Of a stretch of 64,000 bases of DNA, positions 11,975 through 24,009 are shown piece after piece. How positions within the stretch are numbered: the stretch's first letter is position 1; each line of letters opens with the position of its first letter. The notes under the pieces were generated by a model. It worked only from the letters and a program-made list of their open reading frames with translations, was not told where the DNA came from and did no database searches. Origin of the DNA: Octopus sinensis. Lineage: Eukaryota. A program made the position numbers and the translations under genes. The stretch lies in the NCBI RefSeq assembly GCF_006345805.1, contig NC_043004.1:33666001-33730000 (forward strand). Reading direction: 5' to 3'.

Positions 11975-12824
11975 GTGCTGCCCAGGTAGACAAACTTGTC
12001 TACTACCTTCAGAATTGTTCCTTCAACCAGGATAGCTGGTTCTATAAATGGATTTCCTGGTGCAGGCTGGAACATTATAACAGTCTTGTCCAGGCTAATG
12101 CTGAGTCCAAATGCCCTGCAAGAAGCAGAAATGGAATTCATGAGTATTTGCATGTCATCCACTGTATGAGTGACTAAGTCACAGTCATCTGCATAAAGAA
12201 GGTCATGAATAATAGACTGGGAAACCTTTGAATTGAACGTTTTCATCAGAGATGTCTCAGACACATTCTCAATGTTGGCTGGACCTCAAAAATTCCAGAC
12301 ACACAGATCCTGAGGACAGCTCATATCTTGAGTATTGAGACGATGGTACACAAGCACTGGTTGCGTTGGACTGGACACCTTATTAGAATGGAAGATAGAA
12401 GGATTCCTAAGCAGATGCTCTATGGAGAACTTGTGAATGGAAGGAGACTCCGTCAGAAACCAAGGCTGCGATTTAAGGACTGTGTCAAGTCCTCGTTTAA
12501 GGCCTTTGATATGCAGGTCACTGACTGGGAGAACAATGCCTGTTATCGCCCCAGATGGAGGAAGCAGGTTAAGGAGGGGGTCGACACTTTTGAGAGAGCA
12601 CGTATCCAGCATGAAGAACTTAAGCGAGCTGTGCGAAAACACACGGCTCGTATAGTGAATGAGGAAAGCTTGGTCTGCAATGTTTGCAGTCGTGTATGCT
12701 TGTCAAGAGCAGGACTCATTAGCCACCAACGGAGCTGCAAATGCAAAATATAAGTTAGTTCTAGAGCGCACAATGTTCCTGAAGGTCGGCAGTGGTCTTC
12801 CTCGGTCACAAGTGGATGACCATC
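11975..12824. mobile_element. RTE (BovB-like) LINE with inverted 5' segment
   Basis: 11975-12233 on the minus strand encodes KVSQSIIHDLLYADD...FVYLGST. 12232-12753 on the plus strand encodes ERFHQRCLRHIL...LRWTGHLIRM...CxxC...HxxxC*. Both flanks are (TATG)n. Confidence 0.9.
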
Positions 12825-12890
12825 ATGTATGTATGTATGCATGTATGTATGTATATGCCTATATATGTATTTGTGTGTGTGTGTATATAT

Positions 12891-13066
12891 ATTATTTAAA
12901 ACATTGTGATTTGGTTCCATGCTACTTCAAGTTTCGTAGGCCCCTAATGGAAGTGTGACTCTTTCAGGCTTTTGATTCAGCAATCCAAAGCTTAAAAGAG
13001 TGTGTGTGTGTGTGCGCATGTGAAACTTGTAGTAGTGAGGAACCAAATCAAACTGTTTCAAATAAT
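12891..13066. repeat. 45-bp inverted repeat pair (MITE-like)
   Basis: 12891-12935 versus the reverse complement of 13022-13066: 38/45 identical. Confidence 0.75.
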
Positions 13067-13341
13067 GCATGTAATTCCTCCTCCTAAATGTATTGAGTGC
13101 CCTTTTATTTCGGTTGTCCACTCACTCATACATACATTTATATATATATATATATATATATAATAAATATATATATATATATATATATACATATATATAT
13201 AATAATAAATCTCAGAGCGAGTTATAAAAAAAATGAAAGTGTGTCTATAGCCAGCTGGAGGAGGTGTCCTCCTGGGGCTACAAACTACAGTAGCATCCAC
13301 CCTTAGGGGTTAGCCATATTTAAATGGCAAATATACGTTAG

Positions 13342-13378
<37 letters not shown>

Positions 13379-14663
13379 GTATGTACATCTGTATGTATAT
13401 ATATGATTAACATTTAAAAGGATATGACCAATGAGATTATAGGTAAGTTTTATATTTACTGAATTTTCTGTTTCATAGGAGTTGAAATTTTCAGTGTGAA
13501 ATAAAATGTGTGTGTGTGTGTGTGTGCGTGCGTTTATAGATGTATGTTTCTTCATATGTGTTTGTTTGCATATATGTGTATGCTCATAGATATTTACACA
13601 TGTTTGCATACATGTATAAACATACAGTTTTAATTATGCATATATTCATGTGAATATGAGTGTTTTACATTGATCTGTGTGTATGTGTGTTGTGTGTGTG
13701 TGTATGTGTGTGTGTGTGTGTGCGTGCGTGTGTGTGTGTGTGTGTTACAGCATAATTTTGTGTCAAATCTTGCAAATAAACACCTCTCTTTGAATTGTGA
13801 CACAAAAGAAACAGAAAAATACATTAAAAGAAATCAAGAATTTGTTTGAAAGTATTAATATATTTCCTTCTATATTCTCCCACACAGTTTTTGTATTATT
13901 CAACTAAAGAATTGGTTCTGTTTGTCAGGAATTAGATTTGGCACATTGTTTATTCTAGTTAAAAACGCAGCTGTTCATTAGAAGAACTTTTATATTCTAA
14001 TTCTAATCTATATAACCATTTAACAATTCCATTGATTGGTCATCATTTAACAATGCTGTGATAGTTTAATCAATATATTCTTAGATGCTATCATAATTTA
14101 CTCAATATATTTGTCAGGAACTAAGGCAGAAATATGGAATTTGGTAAACAAACATCTTCAGAGATTTTGTTTAACGGAATTACATTTAAGAATATGGAAA
14201 CAAATAGTTAATGATGAAGTACTAGTGTTTGTATTGTTGTTGTTATGGGGGTGGGGTGGTAGTAATCATGGTAATGGTACTGGTGAGGTAGTCCTCATTA
14301 ACATTGTTCAAGAATATCTAGAAAAGAAGAGAGAGGGGGGGAGAGCCACTCGAAATCTCTTTTGGTCAGGTCATGTTTGTGACCATTTCTGTTTTGTTCC
14401 ATATGTTTTGTTTAATATCTTAATAATATGGAAACATCTCAGAAATATAAGAATATCATTATTGCAGACTTTTAGACCTAGGTCAAACATAATTGAGAAA
14501 GCCTTTGATCAAAAGCATTTCTGCCATGACTTTCAATTTGCCTTCTGATTTTTTTATTTTTTCACTGACCATTTCTATATAATACTGTGTAAACTTAACT
14601 TATTTGAGATTTGAGGATCTTCCTAGAAGGGCAAATGATAATGTAAAGCTTTCTCATTTACTC

Positions 14664-15045
14664 ATCTATCTATCTATCTATCTATACACACACACATACA
14701 TACATACATACATACATACATACATACATACATACATACATACACACACATACATACATACACATACATACACACATACATACACATACATACATACATA
14801 CATACATACATACATACATACATACAACATACATACATACATACATACATACATACATACATACTACATACATACATACATACATACATACAACATACAT
14901 ACATACATACATACATACATACAACATACATACATACATACATACATACATACATACATACATACATACATACATACATACATACATACATACATACATA
15001 CATACATACATACATACATACATACATACATACATACCTACCTTT
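14664..15045. repeat. (ACAT)n microsatellite, about 380 bp
   Basis: Directly visible. Confidence 0.95.
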
Positions 15046-15069
15046 CCCCCTGACAAACCACTTACTCAC

Positions 15070-15153
15070 AGCCTGTACCTCTAACTTTAGTTCACCATTT
15101 GCTGTATATACACATTTCAGGACTTCTTGTTCCTCCGCAGCACCACATCCAAC
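15070..15153 (-). CDS. Candidate 84-bp exon (VGCGAAEEQEVLKCVYTANGELKLEVQA), unknown gene
   Basis: taatag acceptor (weak pyrimidine tract), GTGAGT donor, open phase 0-0 frame. No homology recognised. Confidence 0.25.
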
Positions 15154-15410
15154 CTATTAACTGGCCACAAATACCTTGCTTGTATAGCCACTAAGATTAT
15201 ACAGTGTAACACCTATTGGAGAGACCAATTTACATACTAAGCCCATTCCTGGCAATTGGTACACATTAATTACTGGAAGGGAAACTGTATTTCGTTTTGC
15301 AGCCATAATATGCTAATGAGTATATTGGAGGTTTATAAGTCCATACCAAGTCCTACTTTGTGTATTGGTAGTTCATTGTTTTGGATCCAGCACTGAAAGT
15401 TACAGCATTT

Positions 15411-15556
<146 letters not shown>

Positions 15557-15689
15557 CATAATAATAGTAATATAATAATAATAATAAAGGGTAAAATTAA
15601 TTAATTAATTAATTAATTAATAATTAATAATTTTATCAAGTAGTGTATAAGTTTACCGATAATGTTTTTTTTAAATATATATATATATA

Positions 15690-15870
15690 CTTTATTTAAA
15701 GCAGCAGAAAATTCAACAAAACCTGTTACTCTGAGTTTCCGTTGCCTTTCACCAGAGTAACAGGTTTTGTTGAATTTTCTGCTGCTTTAAATAAAGCATA
15801 TTACTCTACCACTGGTATTTGAGTACTCTTTTTTCCACCTTGTTTCACATTTATGTGTTTACTCCGGTAT
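15690..15870. repeat. TA-flanked short element containing a perfect 44-bp inverted repeat
   Basis: 15690-15733 is the exact reverse complement of 15753-15796, with a 19-nt loop. Confidence 0.9.
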
Positions 15871-16769
15871 ATATATATATATAAATATATATATATGTAT
15901 ATAAATACAGATACATACATACATACATATATACATATATATGTATATATAAAATTCGTTTAGAGGTTATGTTAGCCTTATGAAGGGATGGTGTCATGAA
16001 GGAATGAAACAGCTGTAAGGTGTAATGTTTGATTTGTTGTTGATAATAAACACTTATTAGCCTCACAATCGCCATTTTCTTTTTCTTTTTCTTCTTCTTA
16101 TTCTTCGTCTTCTTCTTCGTCTTCGTCTTCTTCATCTTCTTCTTCTTCTTCTTCTTCTTCTATATATATATATATGTATATATATGTAAATATATATATA
16201 TGAGATATTGTGAGGATATAGATTCCTCTTTAAAGGGATGTTTACATTCAAGCTTCTCTGGTTTCACCCAATATATTGGGGAAACTTTCCCCTGTCCTGC
16301 ATTTCATGGTAGTATTAGTATTTATTATTTAATAGGCACCAATATTAAATACATTACAGAGTTTGGGTATTCTTTATATAGGTGCTTGTTTCACTTCAAT
16401 ATATATGGGGATAATTTATTGTAGTATATGATGAAGAAAAAATGAGAGTTTTAACAGAGAACTATCAATTTATTAACATTTTGTCAATTTATACAGGTCT
16501 ACAATTGTTTCCTTATCTACCCTCATTCAGGTTATAAATTTATAAATTGAAATGCATTATGAAAATTCCATTATGAAAATTATGAGGTAATTTTCAATCT
16601 GAAAAAATATCTACCTTTTAATTTTCATAATGCAATTTTGAATTATAAATTTGTAATGTAAGTGAGCGTAGATATGGAAACAATTGTAGGCTTGTATAAA
16701 ATGAGAAAAATGTTAATAAATTGAGAGTTCTGTTAAAACTCTCCAGTTTCTTTTTTATCATTTATATAT

Positions 16770-17160
16770 GAGTGGCTGTGTGGTAAGTAGCTTGCTAACC
16801 AACCACATGGTTCCGGGTTCAGTCCCACTGCGTGGCATCTTGGGCAAGTGTCTTCTGCTATAGCCCTGGGCCGACCAATGCCTTGTGAGTGGATTTGGTA
16901 GACGGAAACTGAAAGAAGCCTGTCGTATATATGTATATATATATGTATGTGTGTGCGTCTGTGTTTGTCCCCCTAGCATTGCTTGACAACCGATGCTGAT
17001 GTGTTTACGTCCCCGTCACTTAGCGGTTTGGCAAAAGAGACCGATAGAATAAGTACTGGGCTTACAAAGAATAAATCCCGGGGTCGATTTGCTTGACTAA
17101 AGGCGGTGCTCCAGCATGGTCGCAGTCAAAATGACTGAAACAAGTAAAAGAGTAAAAGAG
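16770..17160 (+). mobile_element. tRNA-derived composite SINE family A (CORE-like ttgggcaagtgtctt, internal microsatellite, (gtaaaaga)n tail)
   Basis: A box tggctgtgtggtaag, B box ggttcagtccc, CORE-like block, about 18 copies or half-copies in the window. Resembles the octopus OR/OK-type SINEs from memory. Confidence 0.9.
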
Positions 17161-17216
17161 TATATATATTTATATATATACGTATGTGTGTGTATACCTA
17201 ATCTACCTGTTTACCC

Positions 17217-17260
<44 letters not shown>

Positions 17261-17517
17261 GTATACACACATACACACACGCACACATACATACATATAC
17301 ATAATATTTATGTATATACACACACTCCTCTCTTCATCTGACACCTACTTCCTCTCTTCACTCCTACCTCCTCCACCCACCCCCAACCACCACCAACCCC
17401 ACCCCACATGCGTCCCCGCACCCCCACCTCTGTACATGGGTATGCAGGCAAACTATGCTCAGTAGTGTACCGGTAACAACAGAATAGACAAAAGTTTATC
17501 AGGAATCAAACATAAAT

Positions 17518-17736
17518 AATGAGGAAATGGAGAAAAAAATCAGATCAACAAACAAATCAATTGGACCACATCTACAGCTTATTATTATTCTGCTTCCGAT
17601 ACTGACTGGTATCGGAAGCAGAAACGGCTATAAGAATTGTTATGTCACATAAATGTTGTCATGTTTTACATATTAACTAAGCTGCAGATGTGGTCCAATT
17701 GATTTGTTTGTTGATCTGAAGTTTTCTCCATTTTCT

Positions 17737-17740
<4 letters not shown>
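17518..17740. repeat. Foldback element: ~63-bp terminal inverted repeats with an inner perfect 15-bp hairpin
   Basis: 17518-17581 versus 17678-17740 (about 5 differences). Inner stem 17588-17602/17609-17623. Confidence 0.85.
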
Positions 17741-17741
<1 letters not shown>

Positions 17742-17802
<61 letters not shown>

Positions 17803-18335
17803 TTCATCATTTAACGTCCGCTTTCCGTGCTAGCATGGGTTGGACGATTTGACTGATGTCTGGCAAACCAGATGGCTGCACCAGGCTCCAATCTGATCTG
17901 GCAGAGTTTCTACAGCTGGATGCCCTTCCTAACACCAACCATTCTGAGAGTGTAGTGGGTGCTTTTACGTTCCACCAGAATGAGGGCCAGTGAGACGGTA
18001 CCAGCAATGGCCACACTAAAATGTCTTTTATGTGCCACGTACACAGGAGCCAGTCCAGTGGTAATGGCAATGATCTCACTCAAATGTTGTTTTCACGTAC
18101 CACCAGCACAAGTGGCAGTAAGGCATCGCAGGTAACAATCATGCTCGAATTGTGCTTTTTATGTGCCACCGACACAGAGGCCAGTTTGTTGCTCTGGATG
18201 CTCGGATGGTTTTATATATATATATATATATATATAATGAGAAAGAAAGAACAACAAATTGATAAATTATAAACAGACAGATAGGAATTGAACCTGCATT
18301 GCACGCTCGGATGCTCGGATGGTTTTATATATATA

Positions 18336-18375
<40 letters not shown>

Positions 18376-18919
18376 TCATCATCATCATCATCATCATCTT
18401 CATCATTTAACGTCCGCTTTCCGTGCTAGCATGGGTTGGACGATTTGACTGATGTCTGGCAAACCAGATGGCTGCACCAGGCTCCAATCTGATCTGGCAG
18501 AGTTTCTACAGCTGGATGCCCTTCCTAACACCAACCATTCTGAGAGTGTAGTGGGTGCTTTTACGTTCCACCGGAATGAGGGCCAGTGAGACGGTACCAG
18601 CAATGGCCACACTAAAATGTCTTTTATGTGCCACGTACACAGGAGCCAGTCCAGTGGCAATGGCAATGATCTCACTCAAATGTTGTTTTCACGTACCACC
18701 AGCACAAGTGGCAGTAAGGCATCGCAGGTAACAATCATGCTCGAATTGTGCTTTTTATGTGCCACCGACACAGAGGCCAGTTTGTTGCTCTGGATGCTCG
18801 GATGGTTTTATATATATATATATATATATATATAATGAGAAAGAAAGAACAACAAATTGATAAATTATAAACAGACAGATAGGAATTGAACCTGCATTGC
18901 ACGCTCGGATGCTCGGATG

Positions 18920-18951
<32 letters not shown>

Positions 18952-19020
18952 ATGAGAAAGAAAGAACAACAAATTGATAAATTATAAACAGATAGATAGG
19001 AATTGAACCTGCATTGCACT
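17742..19020. repeat. Recent tandem duplication (596-bp unit x2, ~118-bp subunit x3) containing RTE-derived 3' UTR copies
   Basis: Duplicate ORFs at 17807/18403 and 18021/18617 are offset by 596 bp; I see only two substitutions in the ~420-bp non-microsatellite part. Confidence 0.9.
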
Positions 19021-19663
19021 TTTGGTATCATTTTCATTTTTTATGCCTGAACCAGAAGTATAAGGTCAGCCCTTTTGCCTTTGTTACTGTCTCCAAGACT
19101 TGTGAGAGGTAGAGAATGCGATATTCTCATACCAGCAACCTGATCTAAATGCTTATAACAGAATGGACTCTGTTAAAGGTAACCACGGGCCATGCTGTAG
19201 TGTGAGAAGCTTGCAATCTCCTTGCAACCCATCTTCATTCATGAATTCATACAAACACACGGGATTTATTTCTATGAACGCGTTGACTTATTGTATCTAC
19301 ATCTGTTCTGTTGGCTGTTTCTAGCTCTTCCCTTCTATTCCAATTTTACCATCTATGTCTCTCGCTCTCTCTCTCTCTTTTCAAGACACAGTTTGTCATT
19401 ATGTTATGATATTCAACATATTCCCAACTTGTGAAGATTCTTTAACTTTTTTCTGTCAGGGTTAAAGTACTTGATATGAGATTGGGTATAATATTACTGG
19501 TGTGTGTATGTGTGTGTGCGTGTTATGTATAATTATATGTAAACACTTTGTATATAAGACAAAGAAATAGATAGATGGATAGATAGGTAGACAGGTGGGT
19601 AGATTATATATGTAGAGAGCGAGGGTAGATGGATAGATAAATAGAAAGGTACATAGATAGATT

Positions 19664-19721
<58 letters not shown>

Positions 19722-20919
19722 GAAAGAGAGAGACTAAACAAGGATTAACAATACCAAATATATGTGTCAGAATATTTCTTATGACTTAAATATCACCTTA
19801 GACATGCATGTATACACACACACATACACACAAACAAAAGCACATGAATACACACACACACACACATATACAGGCATGCATATACATAGAAACAGTTTTT
19901 CACAAATGGATTATTATAATCAAATGTTTGTTTTAAAGTGATATAATATCAACATATATGTTTTCAGTCATTCTGTTTTGATGCCTAAAGAAAACCATTC
20001 TATATGTTTATCAGCTTTTTTTTTTCTCTCTCAGTTTGAGCGTACATTATTTGAATCCTCATATTAGCAAATTTATTACTAAGATAATGCATTGAGAATT
20101 TCCTGGTATTGTTAAAGGTTTTTGCTTTGAATCTGTCTTTAATTTGTTCTGTTTTTTTTTGTTTTAATGTGCATGTTATGGTTCTATCATAATATGTTTT
20201 GTTTTATAATTTTATTTAGCCTTTTGGGTTTGTTTACTTCACAACATCCTTTTCTAGTGATTAAATTTCAGCATGAGATTGCAGAGGTTTTAGTACAAGA
20301 AAATCTTTTGCGATTTTTCCCCATCAATTATAAGTGATGGTAAAGAAATAAGAAATAAAGTACGGCAGAAAAAAAATAGGTAAAATAATAAAAAACAAAA
20401 AAAAATGATTGAAAAAAAAGATGTCTATCAGAGTGAAAGATGTGTTCCACCAAAGAGATTAGAAAATAGCATTTAGCAAGCTTTCCTTATACATTAGTGA
20501 ATGGAAATAAACTAATTCCTAACTGAAAAGTTATCTTGGAAATCCACAAGTGCAGGGTCAGTTGTAATGTTTTGGAATTAATTAAATTTTCAAAGCAATG
20601 TCTTACAAAAAAAAATTTAAATAAAATGTCACTTTGCTAATCTCTACAAGAGGCTAAGTTGCTAATGTGTATTTCAGTAGGTGCATGCATTCAGCAACAC
20701 ATCGGTCAAATCCAATTCTAATTTAAAGGTGCAACATTAATTTGTTGATACGTGCTGGCGTGTTCTTTATAATTTCATCTAATCTTCCTGCTTCATTTCC
20801 TTAACTTCTTAGGGCATCTTGGAGCAGTTCTAACTACTTTATTCCAATAAGTAATATTTCATGAGATATACTAGACATATTAAGATACCTAAGTACCTGA
20901 ACTAAAAGTACATGAGTTA

Positions 20920-21095
20920 TCATTATCATCATCATTTAACATTCATTTTCCATTCTGGGATGAGTTGGATGGTTTGACTGGATCCGATGAGCCACTAAAC
21001 AGTCAGGCCCTATTGTCAGCTTCTATCATTGGATGCCCCATCTAATGCCAGATACTTTACAGTGTGTCTGGGTACCTGTTTTCATGACACTAGCA
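20920..21095 (-). mobile_element. Degenerate RTE-derived 3' fragment
   Basis: (CAT)n-catttaac...gttggatggtttgactg...ggatgcc motif. Confidence 0.65.
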
Positions 21096-21109
21096 ATAGA
21101 CAGTTCTGC

Positions 21110-21320
21110 ATAATTATAATAATCTATAATTATAATAATTATAATCTATAATAATTATAATAATCATAATTATAATAATTATATATATAATAATTATAAT
21201 AATCATAATTATAATAATCTATAATAATTATGATAATTATAATAATTATAATCTATAATAATTATAATCTATAATAATTATAATAATCATAATTATAAGA
21301 AACATAATTATAATAATCTT
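21110..21320. repeat. Near-pure A/T minisatellite built of ATAATT/ATAATC units
   Basis: Directly visible. Confidence 0.85.
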
Positions 21321-21598
21321 AGAAAAGCTATTTATTTTCCTACTTTGACCTATCTATTTGTGGTGTAGTAATTTCTTTCATTATCTAAAAAGAAAATGCT
21401 ATTCTCGTCATCATTAATCTTATGCTGCATAAGCTTCACATATTAGTTCCATTTACCTACATACAAAAGCCAGTATTTATTGCTTTCATGGCCAGAGAAA
21501 ACCTGTGATGTTCATGCTTTTTCAAGAGGCTTTAGAAGAATATGTGAAGAGAAATTCAACTTAATCACTCTACTGATGGTGCATGCAAATGCTATACA

Positions 21599-21680
<82 letters not shown>

Positions 21681-21799
21681 ACTACCTGCCTGCCTACTTG
21701 CCTACCTACCTACCTACCTACCTACCAACAACCTACCTACCTATTTACCTACCTACCAACCTACCTATCTACCTATCTACCTACCTAGTTACCTATCTT

Positions 21800-21854
<55 letters not shown>

Positions 21855-21857
<3 letters not shown>

Positions 21858-22052
21858 TGGGGACATAAACACATCAACATCAGTTGTCAAGTGATGTTGG
21901 GGGTGACAAACACACACACACGTATATGATGGGCTTCTTTCAGTCTTTCTGTCTACCAAATTCACTCACAAGGCTTTGGTCAGCCCAAAGGCTATAATAG
22001 AAGACACTTGCTCAAGGTATCATGCAGTGGAACTGAACTTACCACACAGCTA
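21855..22052 (-). mobile_element. SINE family A, partial with internal deletion
   Basis: Matches family A segments. Confidence 0.75.
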
Positions 22053-22564
22053 CTCCTGCACCTATTATTTAAAATCTATAAAATATAAATATGTACATAT
22101 ATACATACAAACATGCACACACACACACATGCGTGCATGCATACACACACACATTTACCTGCACACACACACACACACACATTTACCTGCACACACACAC
22201 ACACATACTCATACACACAGACATATACACACATATATTCTCTTTTCTTATGAGTATAATAAGCTCTCTATCCCTCATTTATTTAATATAACTGTTAATT
22301 TATTTATTTAGATACCTTTTAAATTCATAATGCAATTTTAATTGTAAAATATGAATGAAAGTGGGAATTGAAACGTGCGTAGATGACATGAAATTAACTA
22401 TTATCTAAATAAATTAATTTTGTGTGTTCACACTCTCCATTTTCTTTGTTATGAGATTTAATTATGCTTACTGTTTGTTTTTCGACATCAGTGGCAGACG
22501 CCACTAGAAAAACTTATATATATTTGCAAAGCAGCCTTCACCTTCATCGCGACCTGGTGGTTAC

Positions 22565-22607
22565 CGCCCGTTGACGAGGGACAACAATCCCGAAACTAGT
22601 TCGAGCG
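22565..22607 (+). ncRNA. Minimal type I hammerhead ribozyme motif (U3 variant)
   Basis: cgcccg-TTGACGA-ggga(caacaa)tccc-GAAA-ctag-TT-cgagcg: stem I 5/6 pairs, perfect 4-bp stem II, palindromic stem III. Confidence 0.65.
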
Positions 22608-23014
22608 TATCACTCAGGCTTGCGAGGAAGGGATGGCCTCTCTTTGCAAATACTCCAAGGACACTGATATTGTGTCTAAAGCCAGCTAGAGACGACAATC
22701 TCTTGGGGTTATAAAGCTACAGTAACACCCCCTCTCCAATGTGGTTAGCCATGATAAGATGGCTTCTATACTTTACATCATTAAATTCTGTTCTCCTATA
22801 TTGGTTAGATGAAAATATCTATAACAACAACTGGAACTTTGTAAGTGTTAAGCGTTAATGTCAAAGAAGAACCATTGATAAGCATTAATATGAACACAAA
22901 TTAACAAATTCCAGGAAAATTAATCAATATGGAGATAAACTGGTGTACATTCGGATGAAATGCATCCCTGTGAAAGAGCAACCTCTTTTCATTCAAAGCT
23001 ATTTTTTTTATTCT

Positions 23015-23430
23015 TTTAATTGTTTCAGTCATTCGATTGTGGCCATGCTGGAGCACTACCTTTAGTTGAGCAAATGGACTCCAGGACTTATTCTTTGTAA
23101 ATCTAGTACTTATTCTATCGGGGTCTCTTGCCGAATCGCTAAGTGACGGGGATGTAAAGACACCAGCATTGGTTGTCAAGCGAATGTGGGGGAACAAACA
23201 CAGACACACACACACATATACACACACAGACACACACACACATACACATATATATATATACATATACGATGGGCTTCTTTCAGTTTCCATCAACCAAATC
23301 CACCCACAAAGCTTTGGTAAGCCCGAGGCTATAGAAGAAGACACTTGCCCAAGGTGCCACGCAGTGGGATTGAACTCAGAACCATGTGGTTGGTAAGCAA
23401 GCTACTTACCACACAGCTACTCCTGCGCCT
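23015..23430 (-). mobile_element. SINE family A, full length
   Basis: Reverse complement of family A. Confidence 0.9.
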
Positions 23431-23439
23431 CTATATATG

Positions 23440-23975
23440 AGGCATCAGATGCAGTGTGTAAGAGAGAAGATTGTACTGGTATGGCCATATAATGTATATG
23501 AATGAAGACAGTTGCATGAAGAGGAGCCAATCTCTAATTGTTGAGGGAACACATGGAAAGGTTAGACCCAGAAAGATGTGGAATGAAGTAGTGAGAAAGG
23601 ATCTTCAGAGCAGATGACAGAGGTGACCCCGGGTGGTTTGCTGTGTTTGAGAAGACACATCAAGCTAAGTAAAATCGGGATTCTCCTTGCATACAGACAT
23701 TGCCCCTGCATCCCTTTTCTGTTGTGTGTTCTTAACCTTGAGGGCTTGTGGGTGCTGGTATCACGTAAAAAGCTCTCATACTATGATGGTGTTGCATAGG
23801 ACCACTCAGTCCACTCTGTAAAGAGGTTGGCATTAGGAAGGGCATCCAGCTATAGAAGCCGTGCCAAACAAACATGGAGACCGGGCAGCTCTTTAGCTGG
23901 CCAGTTCCTGTTAAAATGTCCAACCCATGCCAGCAGAGAAAATGGATGTTAAATGATAATGGAATGATGATGATG
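23440..23975 (+). mobile_element. RTE LINE 3' fragment (decayed ORF end + UTR + (GAT)n)
   Basis: Decayed WYGH...NEDSC...VEG..G..RP.K.W.EVV frame followed by the family 3' UTR. Confidence 0.8.
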
Positions 23976-24009
23976 TTGATGATATATACGTATACACGTG
24001 TGTGTATAT

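Noticed and set aside
14111-14548. 145-aa plus-strand ORF and possible exon 14118-14218
   Set aside because: No homology recognised, part of it is low-complexity GT/GA-rich sequence, and the donor is weak.
16200-16424. QYIGET motif suggesting a GIY-YIG remnant
   Set aside because: The motif sits on a palindrome (cccaatatattggg) readable on both strands, and the flanking residues match poorly.
16770-16850. tRNA genes
   Set aside because: A and B boxes belong to SINE heads; no complete cloverleaf with an acceptor stem was found.
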